Origin: Candidatus Latescibacterota bacterium
Lineage (GTDB): Bacteria; Latescibacterota; UBA2968; GCA-2709665
Direction: 5' to 3'
Assembly: GCA_965205485.1 (NCBI GenBank)
Contig: OZ242180.1
Coordinates: 64,001 to 128,000 of the forward strand
Length of the DNA: 64,000 nucleotides
Part shown: positions 33,027-45,588 of the stretch, piece by piece
How the letters are laid out: every line of letters begins with the position of its first letter
Numbering within the stretch: position 1 is the first letter of the stretch
Position numbers and translations under genes: made by a program
The notes under the pieces: model-generated
The model's input: the letters and a program-made list of their open reading frames with translations, nothing else
Told to the model about the DNA's origin: nothing
Databases searched by the model: none

Positions 33027-34082
33027 TTACGTCAATTTCATCCTTGGATCGGCATCCAGGTCCCGTCCTGACCGCTCGCCCCTGCCAAGCCGGAAGCCCC
33101 CGGCGCACGCGATCATCGCCGCGTTGTCGGTACACAGGACCGGCGGCGGAAAACAGACCTCCACGCCTGATTCGGAGGCGGCTCGATACATCTCTTCCCG
33201 CAGACGCCGGTTCGCCGCCACGCCGCCCGTCAACAGAATCCGGCTCAGCTCCAGAGCGCCTGCCGCCTGGATTGTCTTTTCCACAAGCACATCGACGACC
33301 GCTGCCTGGAAGCTGGCGGCGATATCCGCCTGTTCCTCCACGACGTCGGCTTCAGACCGGCCCTTGATATGGTACAGGACCGATGTCTTGATCCCACTGA
33401 AGCTGAATTCGAACCCTTCCTGATTCCGGAGTCCTCGCGGAAATGCAAAGGCGCGGTCGTCGCCGTCGTCCGCCAGGCGGGAAATGACCGGACCGCCCAT
33501 GGTCGTTTCACCCTTCTTCAACACGCCCAGCATCTTCGCCACCTTGTCGAAGGCTTCCCCGGCCGCGTCGTCCCGTGTTTCGCCGCAGACCTCGTACAGA
33601 CCCCAGCGACGCACGTGGATCAACTGGGTATGGCCGCCTGAAATCACGAGGGCCAGAAAGGGCGGGCGCAGGCTGGCGTCGCCAAGCATCCCGGCGAAGA
33701 GATGCCCCTCGATATGATGGACGCCAATCAGCGGACGGCCGCTGCCCAACGCCAGACCCTTCGCGGTTGAAATACCCACCAGCAGGCATCCGACAAGGCC
33801 CGGACCGCTCGTGACCGCGATTCCGCCGAGCTCATCCAGCCCGATTCCGGCCCCGGACAACGCCTCGCGCACAACCGGCACGATCTTGCGCACATGGTTC
33901 CGCGACGCCAGTTCGGGAACCACGCCGCCGTAGAGACTGTGCTCCGTCTGGGAAAATATCACGTTCGACAGAATACGGTTGCCTGCCACAACCGCGGCGG
34001 CCGTTTCGTCGCACGACGTTTCGATACCCAGTACAGGGCGGTCCCATACGGGCTGAACGGATTCCCTGGATTGAAATGACAT
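33027..34082 (-). CDS. tsaD: tRNA t6A37 threonylcarbamoyltransferase
   Basis: GIETSCDET, HHIEGH, SGGHT, DDAAGEAFDK, TDNAAMI. Confidence 0.98.
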   Translation of the reverse strand: MSFQSRESVQPVWDRPVLGIETSCDETAAAVVAGNRILSNVIFSQTEHSLYGGVVPELASRNHVRKIVPVVREALSGAGIGLDELGGIAVTSGPGLVGCLLVGISTAKGLALGSGRPLIGVHHIEGHLFAGMLGDASLRPPFLALVISGGHTQLIHVRRWGLYEVCGETRDDAAGEAFDKVAKMLGVLKKGETTMGGPVISRLADDGDDRAFAFPRGLRNQEGFEFSFSGIKTSVLYHIKGRSEADVVEEQADIAASFQAAVVDVLVEKTIQAAGALELSRILLTGGVAANRRLREEMYRAASESGVEVCFPPPVLCTDNAAMIACAGGFRLGRGERSGRDLDADPRMKLT

Positions 34083-34425
34083 ATCGTCGCTTTAAAGGCG
34101 GAGGGGAGCGGACGCCGGAAATAAAGCGCCACCCCCGTTGATCAGGGGATGGCCCATGGCGAGGCGGGAAAGAAATGAAAAACAGGTTGAAGAAAACGTT
34201 CAATTTCAGGAAACGGCAACCGGTGCGATCGATGCCTCGACGCCACACAGATTCCCACCGCCACGCGGAGGCCGGCCACATCGATACCCGGCGGCGGGGA
34301 CATCCGCGGCCGTTCTGATTCCGGTGCGAACGCAGCCCGGCCGGACCGTCAATTGTGACAGGCTATCTTGACCCATCTTGAAACGCGTCGACCCTGCAGC
34401 CCAAAATCCGCGGACCGTCAGGGGG

Positions 34426-34617
34426 TTATTTGTACGACTCGGCGATGTTTCTTCCCATACTGATTTCGCCGTTATCGATTCGCAGGTTGAACCCGCAATC
34501 GGGATTACTGCAAACCCAGGCCTTATAGTGTATCGGCGCGCCGTCACGCCCGTAGTCCGATAAAGGGAGCAGAACGCCTTTATCGCACTTCAGACACTGT
34601 GTAAATTGATCCTCCAT
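34426..34617 (-). CDS. 63-aa zinc-ribbon protein
   Basis: CLKC...CSNPDC; purine-rich RBS; upstream TTTACA-17 nt-GATAAT. Confidence 0.75.
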   Translation of the reverse strand: MEDQFTQCLKCDKGVLLPLSDYGRDGAPIHYKAWVCSNPDCGFNLRIDNGEISMGRNIAESYK

Positions 34618-34833
34618 CCGGACCCTCCCCTCCACTGGAATTCTGGCTCCTACCGAAACAGGCCGCAATCTACCCGACCACGAGCCCAAAACAGCCGCCG
34701 GCAGCGTGAAACACGGACGCCGGAAATCACTGGCCCGCTTTATATTATCAGACATATAATTTTATGTAAACCTGCGTTTAAAGTCAAATTATTTCCTTTA
34801 ATCTGCTCGTGGTTCCTGTCCGCGGGAAACCGA

Positions 34834-34862
34834 TTGACAATTATACACCCCTTAGGTATCCT
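34834..34862 (+). promoter_or_regulatory. Sigma70 promoter upstream of the XPB-like gene
   Basis: TTGACA-17 nt-TATCCT. Confidence 0.65.
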
Positions 34863-35031
34863 TATACGTCTTGCACGACGCGAATGACTCGGCAATCAAG
34901 TTCAGCGTCACAGCCACGGATTCATTCCCGAAGCACAGCGCCACGTCGATCCGGTGAGCACGGACCTCCCGGTACAACCTGCCGACCTTCCCGGCTTTCT
35001 CCCGGAGACTGCCCGCCTGTCTCCAGCCCCT

Positions 35032-36735
35032 ATGTCATACGATTCCCAAAATCCCCTCATCGTGCAGAGCGACATGACCGTTCTGGCGGAGGTCGGCGGA
35101 CCCCGTTATGAAGCCGCCAGGGACGTACTGGCGCGCTTCGCCGAGCTGGAAAAAAGCCCGGAATACATCCATACGTACCGCATCAGCCCGCTTTCGCTCT
35201 GGAACGCCGCCGCCGCCGGTCTCACGGCGGACGAAATTACCGGCGCCCTGGAAACCTTCAGCAAATACGACATCCCCCAGAACGTCTCCGTCGAAATCCG
35301 GGAGACCCTTGGCCGGTACGGTCGAATTCGACTGGAACGATCCGGAAAAGACCTCATCCTCTCCGCGGACGACCCGCTGCTCATCACCGAAATCTCCCGG
35401 CACAAGTCGGTGCGACCCTTTCTGAATCGCCGGATTGACGCGCGCCGTCTCAAGGTCGACTTGCTGTACCGCGGCCACCTGAAGCAGGCGCTCACCCGCA
35501 TCGGCTTTCCGGTCAAGGACCTCGCGGGGTACGTGCCCGGCCGTCACCTGACGCTGCGGCGGCTTCCGAACACCCGCTCCGGCCTGCCCTTCCGGCTGCG
35601 CGACTACCAGCGGGAGGCCGCGGAGATCTTCCATGCGGGCGGGGGACCGGAAGGCGGCAGCGGGGTGGTGGTCCTGCCCTGCGGTGCAGGCAAGACCATC
35701 GTGGGCATCGCCGCGATCGAACGTCTACAGACGCAGGCGCTCATCCTCACCACCAATATCACCGCCTCGCGCCAATGGAAAGCGGAACTCCTGGACAAGA
35801 CGGACCTGAGGCCGGACCAGATCGGCGAATATTCGGGAGAGGTCAAGGAGATCCGCCCCATCACCGTCGCCACCTACAATATCCTCACATATAGAAAGAA
35901 AAAGGGAGACCCGTTTCCCCATTTCGCCATTTTCAATCATGGCAACTGGGGCCTCATCGTGTACGACGAAGTCCACCTGCTGCCCGCGCCCGTGTTCCGT
36001 TTTACCGCCGAGCTCCAGGCCAGACGCAGGCTTGGCCTCACTGCCACGCTCGTACGCGAAGACGGCCTGGAAGCGGACGTCTTCAGTCTCATCGGTCCCA
36101 AACGCTTCGACGTGCCCTGGCGGGACCTGGAGTCCAAGGGCTGGATTGCCACGGCCGAGTGCCGTGAGATCCGTCTCCCGCTTCCCCAGCACCTGCGCCT
36201 GGACTACGCCGTTGCCGGCGGCCGCGGGAAGTTCAGGATCGCCTCTGAAAACCCGTCCAAGATTCCACTGGCCAGACAACTCATCCGGAAACACGACAAG
36301 GACCAGGTTCTGGTCATCGGCAAGTACGTCAGTCAGGTCGAGGCGTTCGCCAGGGAACTGGATGCGCCCGTCATCACCGGCAAGACGCCGAGTGAGGAAC
36401 GCGATCTGTTGTACGCGCGTTTCCGGCAGGGCGATATCCGGCTGATGGTCGTCTCCAAGGTGGCCAACTTCGCCGTCGACCTGCCGGATGCGAACGTCGC
36501 CATCCAGATTTCGGGGACATTCGGTTCCCGGCAGGAAGAAGCCCAGCGGCTGGGGCGCATACTCCGGCCCAAGGCCAATGGCAGCCTGGCCCACTTCTAC
36601 ACCCTGGTGACGCGAGATACCCGGGAACTGGAGTTCGCCCGCAAGCGCCAGATGTTTCTTACCGAACAGGGTTACCGGTATTCCATTCGGGACGCCGCCG
36701 ATGTCTTCAAGGAATCCGGCGCCGCTCCGGTCTGA
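35032..36735 (+). CDS. XPB/Rad25-like SF2 DNA helicase
   Basis: PLIVQSD, LPCGAGKT, DEVH, LTATLVRED (RED motif), QRLGRILR. Confidence 0.93.
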   Translation: MSYDSQNPLIVQSDMTVLAEVGGPRYEAARDVLARFAELEKSPEYIHTYRISPLSLWNAAAAGLTADEITGALETFSKYDIPQNVSVEIRETLGRYGRIRLERSGKDLILSADDPLLITEISRHKSVRPFLNRRIDARRLKVDLLYRGHLKQALTRIGFPVKDLAGYVPGRHLTLRRLPNTRSGLPFRLRDYQREAAEIFHAGGGPEGGSGVVVLPCGAGKTIVGIAAIERLQTQALILTTNITASRQWKAELLDKTDLRPDQIGEYSGEVKEIRPITVATYNILTYRKKKGDPFPHFAIFNHGNWGLIVYDEVHLLPAPVFRFTAELQARRRLGLTATLVREDGLEADVFSLIGPKRFDVPWRDLESKGWIATAECREIRLPLPQHLRLDYAVAGGRGKFRIASENPSKIPLARQLIRKHDKDQVLVIGKYVSQVEAFARELDAPVITGKTPSEERDLLYARFRQGDIRLMVVSKVANFAVDLPDANVAIQISGTFGSRQEEAQRLGRILRPKANGSLAHFYTLVTRDTRELEFARKRQMFLTEQGYRYSIRDAADVFKESGAAPV

Positions 36736-37576
36736 CCTTTCCGAAGCCGACGCCATCCGCGCGATATTTCAGATCACGCGCCCGCAGAACTGTCTCATCA
36801 CCGTTGCCTCGGTACTGATGGGCGGGTGGCTGGGCGTACACGCGCTGCCCGAGCAACTCTGGCTCGCCGCATTCTCCGCGGCAGCCGTCATGGCCGGCGG
36901 CAATACGCTCAACGACCTGTGGGACCTGGATACAGATCGCGTCAACCATCCCCGCAGGCCCCTGCCTTCCAATCGCCTCAGCCCCCGCGCCGCCGCCATC
37001 GAGTGCGTTGTCCTCATGGCGCTGGGCCTCGGCCTAAGCCTCTTCCTGCCGCCTGAAGCCATCGTGACCGCGGTCTTCGCGTGCGGATGTCTCGTGGTGT
37101 ATAATCGACGGCTGAAACACATTCCACTTGCCGGTAACCTCGCGGTCAGCCTCTTGTGCGGCATTGCGTTCTTCTACGGCGGATTCGCCGCCGGCGCCGC
37201 GGTACCCGCCGCCGTACCTGCCCTGTTTGCGACCGTCTACCATCTTGGCAGGGAAATCCTCAAAGACGCTCAGGATATCCCGGGAGACCGCATCGCGCCC
37301 GGCGGGACCCTGCCCCTTCGCTGGGGGCCGGCCAGCTCCTGCCGACTGGCCGCCGGGGTCTATGCGATCCTGATTCTGCTTACCCCGGTTCCGTACATCC
37401 TGGGCCTCTACGGGCTCCCCTATCTCATCCTCGTTTGCCTGCTCGACGTCCTGCTGGTTTGTCTCATGATCCAGGTTCTCCGCGTCCCCGATACACACCG
37501 CCTCCACAGGGTCAACCGGTTTCTGAAGGCGGGAATGATGCTGGGACTGCTGGCCATCCTTGCGGGTACGCTTTGA
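36701..37576 (+). CDS. UbiA prenyltransferase, DGGGP-synthase-like
   Basis: RPQN, NDLWDLDTDRVNHPRRPLPS, YNRRLK..GNLAVS, REILKDAQDIPGD. Confidence 0.8.
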   Translation: MSSRNPAPLRSDLSEADAIRAIFQITRPQNCLITVASVLMGGWLGVHALPEQLWLAAFSAAAVMAGGNTLNDLWDLDTDRVNHPRRPLPSNRLSPRAAAIECVVLMALGLGLSLFLPPEAIVTAVFACGCLVVYNRRLKHIPLAGNLAVSLLCGIAFFYGGFAAGAAVPAAVPALFATVYHLGREILKDAQDIPGDRIAPGGTLPLRWGPASSCRLAAGVYAILILLTPVPYILGLYGLPYLILVCLLDVLLVCLMIQVLRVPDTHRLHRVNRFLKAGMMLGLLAILAGTL

Positions 37577-37755
37577 TGCGGGGAGTGAATTTAACGTCGA
37601 ACGAACTCCTGCCCTTCCCGCTGCGGGGAGCGTTGCAAAGCCAGCAATTGGCCTCATCCTCGAAAACGTGGACCCGGGCGAGAGACTTGCGATTGGCTGA
37701 TGTCATTGTTTATCTTGACGCCAATGCAAAACCGGTTTGACACGAGGAACTTTGA

Positions 37756-39762
<2,007 letters not shown>

Positions 39763-39854
39763 CGACTCCCGCGCGCGCCGCATTCGCCGCGCAAGGCGCA
39801 GGTTCGCGGGATCGATGTCCCCCGGCCAGACGCGCCCGATTCAGCCCTTTTCGC

Positions 39855-39883
39855 TTGACAGAAAACCCACGCTTTGTTACACT
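39855..39883 (+). promoter_or_regulatory. tRNA promoter
   Basis: TTGACA-17 nt-TACACT. Confidence 0.8.
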
Positions 39884-39904
39884 TCCTCCACATTGCCCAG
39901 CGGT

Positions 39905-39980
39905 GGGGCTGTAGCTCAGCTGGGAGAGCGCATGACTGGCAGTCATGAGGTCGTCGGTTCGATCCCGATCAGCTCCACCA
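39905..39980 (+). tRNA. tRNA-Ala(GGC)
   Basis: GGGGCTG acceptor with G3:U70; anticodon arm CATGA-CTGGCAG-TCATG; GGTTCGATC; encoded CCA. Confidence 0.98.
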
Positions 39981-39990
39981 ATGAAATCAG

Positions 39991-40025
39991 AAACAGGCTT
40001 GCGCGACACCGCGCAAGCCTGTTTT
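39991..40025 (+). terminator. Intrinsic terminator after the tRNA
   Basis: AAACAGGCTTGCGCG-ACAC-CGCGCAAGCCTGTTTT. Confidence 0.9.
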
Positions 40026-40033
40026 GGTTTGTA

Positions 40034-40585
40034 CGACCTCTCCCGGCGCTGCGCGCCACCCTCTCCCGCGGGAGAGGGTCTGGCTGCTGGATAGGTGTCG
40101 CGAAATGCGACAGTTGGTTCGCCTGTGGAAAGAGGGGATCGACTGATGGGCGCGTAGTGTGATACGAGAAGCCAGAGCTTGTGAGGGTGGAGCGGACATT
40201 CCTGTCTGCTCACGTTTGTCGAACCGGTAGGCAAACCTCGGTTTTCGTCAGATCCAGGTGGCCAGGCAACACTTCGGCTAATTCAGGAACCGAACAATAG
40301 AGACATCTGACAATCATTGCGCCTGGCCACGTGGCCCTCCCACGTCACTAACCCATTGAGGGCGACCTCTCCCGGCGCAGAGCGCCACCCTCTCCCACAG
40401 GGAGAGGGTCTGGCTGCGCGACAGGTGTCGCGAAATGCGACAGAAAGTTCGCCGGTGGAGACATGGATCGACTGGTCCCGCGCGCAGCGCATACGAGAAG
40501 CCAGAGCTTGCCAGGGTGGAGCGGACATTCCTGTCTGCTCACGTATGTCGAACCGGGAGGTAAGCCTCGGTTTTCATCAGATCCA
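40034..40585 (+). repeat. Two diverged ~220-bp direct repeats (40034-40256, 40363-40585) built from palindromes
   Basis: Shared CCCTCTCCC-N-GGGAGAGGG, TGTCGCGAAATGCGACA and GAGCGGACATTCCTGTCTGCTC; period about 329. Confidence 0.9.
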
Positions 40586-40793
40586 ACGATCAAGTAAGAC
40601 TTCGACTCACCCAACTACCTTGTAATCGGTCCATCTAACATCCTCCCCCCTACCCACCTCACCCTGCCCGCCTCGCCAGGACATCCCGTGTAACTAACCA
40701 ATTGATTATGAGTGATTTGAATAGGTGCATTCGGTAGGTACGTCGCCAAATGCACCTGCTCCCAATTGAATGGCAAATTGCTCAGCCCCCAGG

Positions 40794-40855
40794 TGTCGCA
40801 ATATGCTACTGTTGTCGCATTTTGCGTTGACGCAAAATGCGACGTAGTATACTTT
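40794..40855 (+). promoter_or_regulatory. hsd operon promoter overlapped by a perfect 14-bp inverted repeat
   Basis: GTCGCATTTTGCGT-TG-ACGCAAAATGCGAC (40814-40843) spans TTGACG; TATACT at 40848. Confidence 0.65.
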
Positions 40856-40906
40856 AAAGGTGTACATTAAGTCAGCTTTGGAGCGAATACACGGAGGCCA
40901 AACAGA

Positions 40907-42500
40907 ATGGCGAAAGGCAGACGTAAAAAATCGTCGACGCAGGCCAAATCGGGCGACGGAAACGAAGCTTCTGATTTTCGGTCCGAACTCTGGGCGATGG
41001 CCGACGCGTTGCGGGGCAGCATGGACGCCGCGGAGTACAAGCACGTCGTGCTGGGCCTGATCTTCCTCAAGTACATTTCAGACGCGTTCGAGGAAGCCCA
41101 CTACCAAACTGGTGGAGGAAGTCGCTGAAGGCGCGGACCCGGAGGATCCCGACGAGTACCGCGCCCAGAGCATCTTCTGGGTCCCTCCCGAGGCGCGATG
41201 GCCAAAACTCCAGTCGCAGGCCCACCAACCCACCATCGGACGTACTCTAGACGATGCGATGACCGCCATTGAGCAGGATAATCCTGCGCTCAAGGATGTC
41301 TTGCCAAAGGACTACGCGCGCCCAAACCTGGATAAGACGCGATTGGGGCAGGTTGTCGACATGGTCAGCAACATTCAGGTAGGCGGCGAGGAGGCGCGCG
41401 CCACGGACGTTCTGGGCAGCGTCTATGAGTACTTCCTGGAGCAGTTCGCGATCGCCGAGGGCCGAAAGGGCGGCGAGTTCTACACCCCGCGCAGCGTCGT
41501 TCGCCTACTCGTTGAAATGCTGGAACCATATGAGGGAAGGGTCTACGACCCGTGCTGCGGATCATCGGGTATGTTCGTCCAGTCTATGGAATTCATTGAC
41601 GCTCACACCAGCGGAAATGGCAATGGCGGCAACGCCAGAGAAAAAATCTCCATATATGGCCAGGAATCCAACTACACAACGTGGCGAATGGCAAGGATGA
41701 ATCTGGCGATACGCGGCATCGAGGGTCAGATCGCACACGGGGACAGCTTTCACAACGACAGTCATCCCGATCTGAAGGCCGACTACATCCTCGCCAATCC
41801 TCCATTCAATGTTTCCGACTGGGGCGGCGAACGTCTGCGCGAGGACAAACGATGGGAGTTCGGCGTTCCGCCCGTCGGCAATGCCAACTTCGCCTGGGTG
41901 CAGCACTTTCTGCACCACCTGTCACCTCGCGGCACTGCCGGGTTCGTACTCGCCAACGGCTCCATGTCGTCTAACCAGTCAAACGAAGGGGAAATCCGAA
42001 AGAATATCATCGAGGCCAACCTGGTGGACTGCATCGTCGCCCTGCCCGGTCAGCTATTCCGGTCCACGCAGATACCTGCGTGTTTATGGTTTTTGTCTCG
42101 TGGCCGAGCCAATGGGGAACATAGGGACCATGAGGACGAGACGCTTTTCATCGACGCCAGGAAAATGGGCCACCTGATCGACCGTACGCGAAGGAACCTA
42201 TCGCCGGAGGACATCGCCAGGGTCGCGAACACCTATCACGCCTGGCGCGGCGGCGAGGGATCCGGGGAGTACGTGGACGTTTCGGGGTTCTGCAAGAGCG
42301 CATCGCTGGAAGAGATTCGCAAACACGGCCACGTCCTCACACCGGGCCGCTACGTCGGCGCGGAACCGCAACCCGATGATGGAGAGCCGTTCGAGGAAAA
42401 GATGGCGCGCCTTACAGCTCGGTGGCGGGAACAACGAACGGAAGCGTGGCGACTGGATGCGGCGATTGAGGAAAATTTGAAACATCTGGGATTTGGATGA
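40907..42500 (+). CDS. hsdM: Type I R-M methyltransferase subunit (one frameshift near 41100)
   Basis: [31 protein letters not shown]. Confidence 0.93.
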
Positions 42501-42714
42501 AAGGACCGGTGAAAGCCCGGTTCTTGTCAGTAAAAATAGTCCAACATCTCCGAATCCGGCAGTGGCAGGAATATCACGAGGCCGAAGCGACACTCAGTGA
42601 GTTGCGTCATTCAATTTCACAATATATAACTGATAGCTCCCTGTAAATGACAAACTGCGAGACATTGGGGAAGTGTGAGAAGAAAGAGTCGTTCGTCGAG
42701 GAAGGGAATTAGGC

Positions 42715-44037
42715 GTGACAGAACAGGAAGAAGTGACGTTGGGCAAGGTTGCAGACGTTGTGATGGGCCAATCTCCTCCTGGCTCGACATACAACGAGAC
42801 CGGAAGAGGTCTGCCGTTTTTTCAGGGCGTCAAAGACTTCAATTACCGCCACCCGACTCGTCGTGTATTCTGCTCGGAACCATCCAGAGTCGCATATCCT
42901 GGGGACATACTTTTTAGTGTGCGAGCACCAATCGGACGGGTAAATGTAGCAGATAAGAAGTGCGCCACTGGTCGTGGGCTTGCGATAATCAGACCCCATT
43001 CGCAGTCAGACGGTCGCTACCTCGAATTCGTCCTCAGGCAATTGGAGCCCAAATGGGACGCACTTGAAACGAGTGGTTCAGTCTTTGGCAATGCTACAAA
43101 GCGAGATCTAGAGTCTCTGGTTATGCGATGGCCCATGAACGAAGGTGAACGCGTCGCAATTGGCCATATCCTAGGTACATTGGACGACAAGATCGAGTTG
43201 AACCGGCGGATGAACGAGACGCTGGAGGAAATGGCGCGGGCTCTGTTCAAGTCGTGGTTTGTGGACTTCGACCCCGTCCGTGCAAAGGCAGCGCTTACCT
43301 CTACCCCTTCGGATGGCAGCGATTGGACAGTGGATCGAGCGCGGGCGTATCTCGACAGCATTGACTGTAGCGTGGCCGACCTGTTCCCCGAACGGTTTGT
43401 CGACTCGGAACTCTGCGAGATACCGGAGGGTTGGGAGGTCAAAGCAGTTGGCGATGTTGTGGAAGTGGTAGGGGGAACAACGCCTAGCACAAAGGTAACG
43501 GGGTACTGGGACAGTGGAACGCATTGTTGGGCTACGCCCAAAGACCTCTCAGACCTGTCTTCGCCCGTGTTAATGAACACCGAACGAAAAATCACGGATG
43601 CTGGCCTAGCAAAAATAGGTTCGGGACTATTACCGAAGGGTACATTGCTGTTGTCGTCCAGGGCGCCTATTGGATACGCTGCAATAAACGAAATGCCGGT
43701 AGCAATCAATCAGGGATTTATAGGTATTCCACCGGGCGATATTGTATCAAATCTCTTTTTGTTAAACTGGTGCAGAGCGTGTCACGAGGTGATTATCAAC
43801 CATGCAAATGGCTCAACATTTCTCGAAATCAGCAAACGGGACTTCCGACTAATCCGAATAGTTATGCCGGATGAAGCAGTTATGTTGTCGTTTGACGAGG
43901 CCGTCCGCCCACTTTACGATTACATCGTCTCGAATGAACGCGAGTCTCGTATACTCACCGCTAAGCGGGATGCGTTACTGCCGAGACTGATGTCAGGGAG
44001 GTTGACCGCATTAGAAGGGGCTAACAGTGGCAGATAA
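42715..44037 (+). CDS. hsdS: Type I R-M specificity subunit
   Basis: Two TRDs; LDDKIELNRRMNETLEEMARALFKSWFVDF; IPEGWEV; RDALLPRLMSG. Confidence 0.95.
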   Translation: MTEQEEVTLGKVADVVMGQSPPGSTYNETGRGLPFFQGVKDFNYRHPTRRVFCSEPSRVAYPGDILFSVRAPIGRVNVADKKCATGRGLAIIRPHSQSDGRYLEFVLRQLEPKWDALETSGSVFGNATKRDLESLVMRWPMNEGERVAIGHILGTLDDKIELNRRMNETLEEMARALFKSWFVDFDPVRAKAALTSTPSDGSDWTVDRARAYLDSIDCSVADLFPERFVDSELCEIPEGWEVKAVGDVVEVVGGTTPSTKVTGYWDSGTHCWATPKDLSDLSSPVLMNTERKITDAGLAKIGSGLLPKGTLLLSSRAPIGYAAINEMPVAINQGFIGIPPGDIVSNLFLLNWCRACHEVIINHANGSTFLEISKRDFRLIRIVMPDEAVMLSFDEAVRPLYDYIVSNERESRILTAKRDALLPRLMSGRLTALEGANSGR

Positions 44038-45541
44038 CATAGTTTATTTGTATCCAGACACAAATTTGTTCATCCAATGTCGTCCCTTAGATCAACTCGA
44101 CTGGAGTGACTGGTCGGAGTTCGACCAGGTTAACCTGATTGTCTGCCGTCCAGTTCAACGGGAAATCGATTCACAGAAAAACCGCGGAAATGACAGAGCC
44201 GCCAAGCGCGCACGGAAGACCTACAGCATTTTCCGGAGAATTATCGAAAGTAACGACGAATTCTTGCAAGTATCTGATGCGAATCCAAGAGTAAGGCTTT
44301 TCTTGGAGGCGCCGAGTTTGCCAAGCTCCGACCTCAAGGATGTCCTTGATTACAACAAACCCGACGACGAAATAGTGGGGTGTTTGGATCGATTTTGCAA
44401 GGAGAAACAGGACGAGGATGCCCGGCTACTCACACATGACACTGGACCGATGATGACAGCAAAGACACACGGCCTAAAGGTCGCCGCTATCGGGGATAAA
44501 TGGCTTCTTCCACCAGAAAACAACACGAAAGAAAAAGAGAATGCCCGCCTTAAACAACGCATAACTGAGCTTGAGCAAAGAGAACCTTCATTTCGAGTTA
44601 ACTTCCTAGACGGCGATGGATTTATAGTTGACTCTCTATCCATAGTACATCCTGTCTACGATCCACTTTCGGACGATGAAATATCGTGCTTCATGAAGTC
44701 AATAAAAGGCCTGTTTCCATTGGCTTCAGAATTCGAGTCCGGTGAACGGGCTGAGACAGTCGGCGATAAACTTCAAGACCAGCTCTTGCGCATGACTGCG
44801 GTATACAGACCGGCTACGGATGAGGCTATCTCCAAGTATACCGACCAAGATTATCCCGCTTGGATTGACGAGTGCGAAGAGGCGTTTTCTCTCTTACACA
44901 GGTCGTTACAGAGTGAAATTGGCCAGCCGTCATTTGCGATTTCCATTCTCAATGATGGTGCACGTCCGGGCAAGGACGCGTTGGTTAAAATCACAGCAAG
45001 CGGAAACTTTAAGATCAGGCCGCCTCGTACAAACGACGACGAAACGGGGAGAAATAAACGAAGCAAGATATCTCTACCCCACGTACCACAGGCACCACAA
45101 GGAAAGTGGATTCGCGCAGGACTCGCGCTGAATCCGTTCGAAGATTCACTCAAAGAGATGGTAAATCTCGCAAGTATAAGCACTAATCCGTACGACTTTC
45201 GCAGCAATCTTCAAACTCCAGTTTCACTAGACTATCGGGATTTTCGGCGAGATTCGAACGCTTTCTATTACAAGCCGAAGCGTCCAAAAAAGGCACAAGA
45301 GTCATTTAGTCTTGAGTGCGAACAATGGCGACATGGGATTGGCGAGAAACGCTTCGATGGTCGAATCTTGTGCGATCAACATGTAGAATTCATTCAGGGT
45401 GAACTATCGTGCGAGGTCCATGCCGAAAACCTATCCAATCCAGTGCGAATGACAATTCCCGTAGAAATCACCATTAAAAGGGTGAGTTCGGCAGACCGTG
45501 CTCGGGCACTAATACAGGATTTGGCAGACTCAGCCCAGTGA
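44027..45541 (+). CDS. PIN-domain protein with coiled coil and unknown C-terminal domain
   Basis: YPDTNLF, REID, PDDEIV, LLTHDTG acidic tetrad; overlaps the hsdS stop. Confidence 0.8.
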   Translation: MADNIVYLYPDTNLFIQCRPLDQLDWSDWSEFDQVNLIVCRPVQREIDSQKNRGNDRAAKRARKTYSIFRRIIESNDEFLQVSDANPRVRLFLEAPSLPSSDLKDVLDYNKPDDEIVGCLDRFCKEKQDEDARLLTHDTGPMMTAKTHGLKVAAIGDKWLLPPENNTKEKENARLKQRITELEQREPSFRVNFLDGDGFIVDSLSIVHPVYDPLSDDEISCFMKSIKGLFPLASEFESGERAETVGDKLQDQLLRMTAVYRPATDEAISKYTDQDYPAWIDECEEAFSLLHRSLQSEIGQPSFAISILNDGARPGKDALVKITASGNFKIRPPRTNDDETGRNKRSKISLPHVPQAPQGKWIRAGLALNPFEDSLKEMVNLASISTNPYDFRSNLQTPVSLDYRDFRRDSNAFYYKPKRPKKAQESFSLECEQWRHGIGEKRFDGRILCDQHVEFIQGELSCEVHAENLSNPVRMTIPVEITIKRVSSADRARALIQDLADSAQ

Positions 45542-45588
45542 GCTTGATCGGACGCATACCACAACATTCTGACTTGCCCTGAGGAACA

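Noticed and set aside
35032..36735. XPB as a eukaryote-derived novelty
   Set aside because: Bacterial XPB homologs are well known
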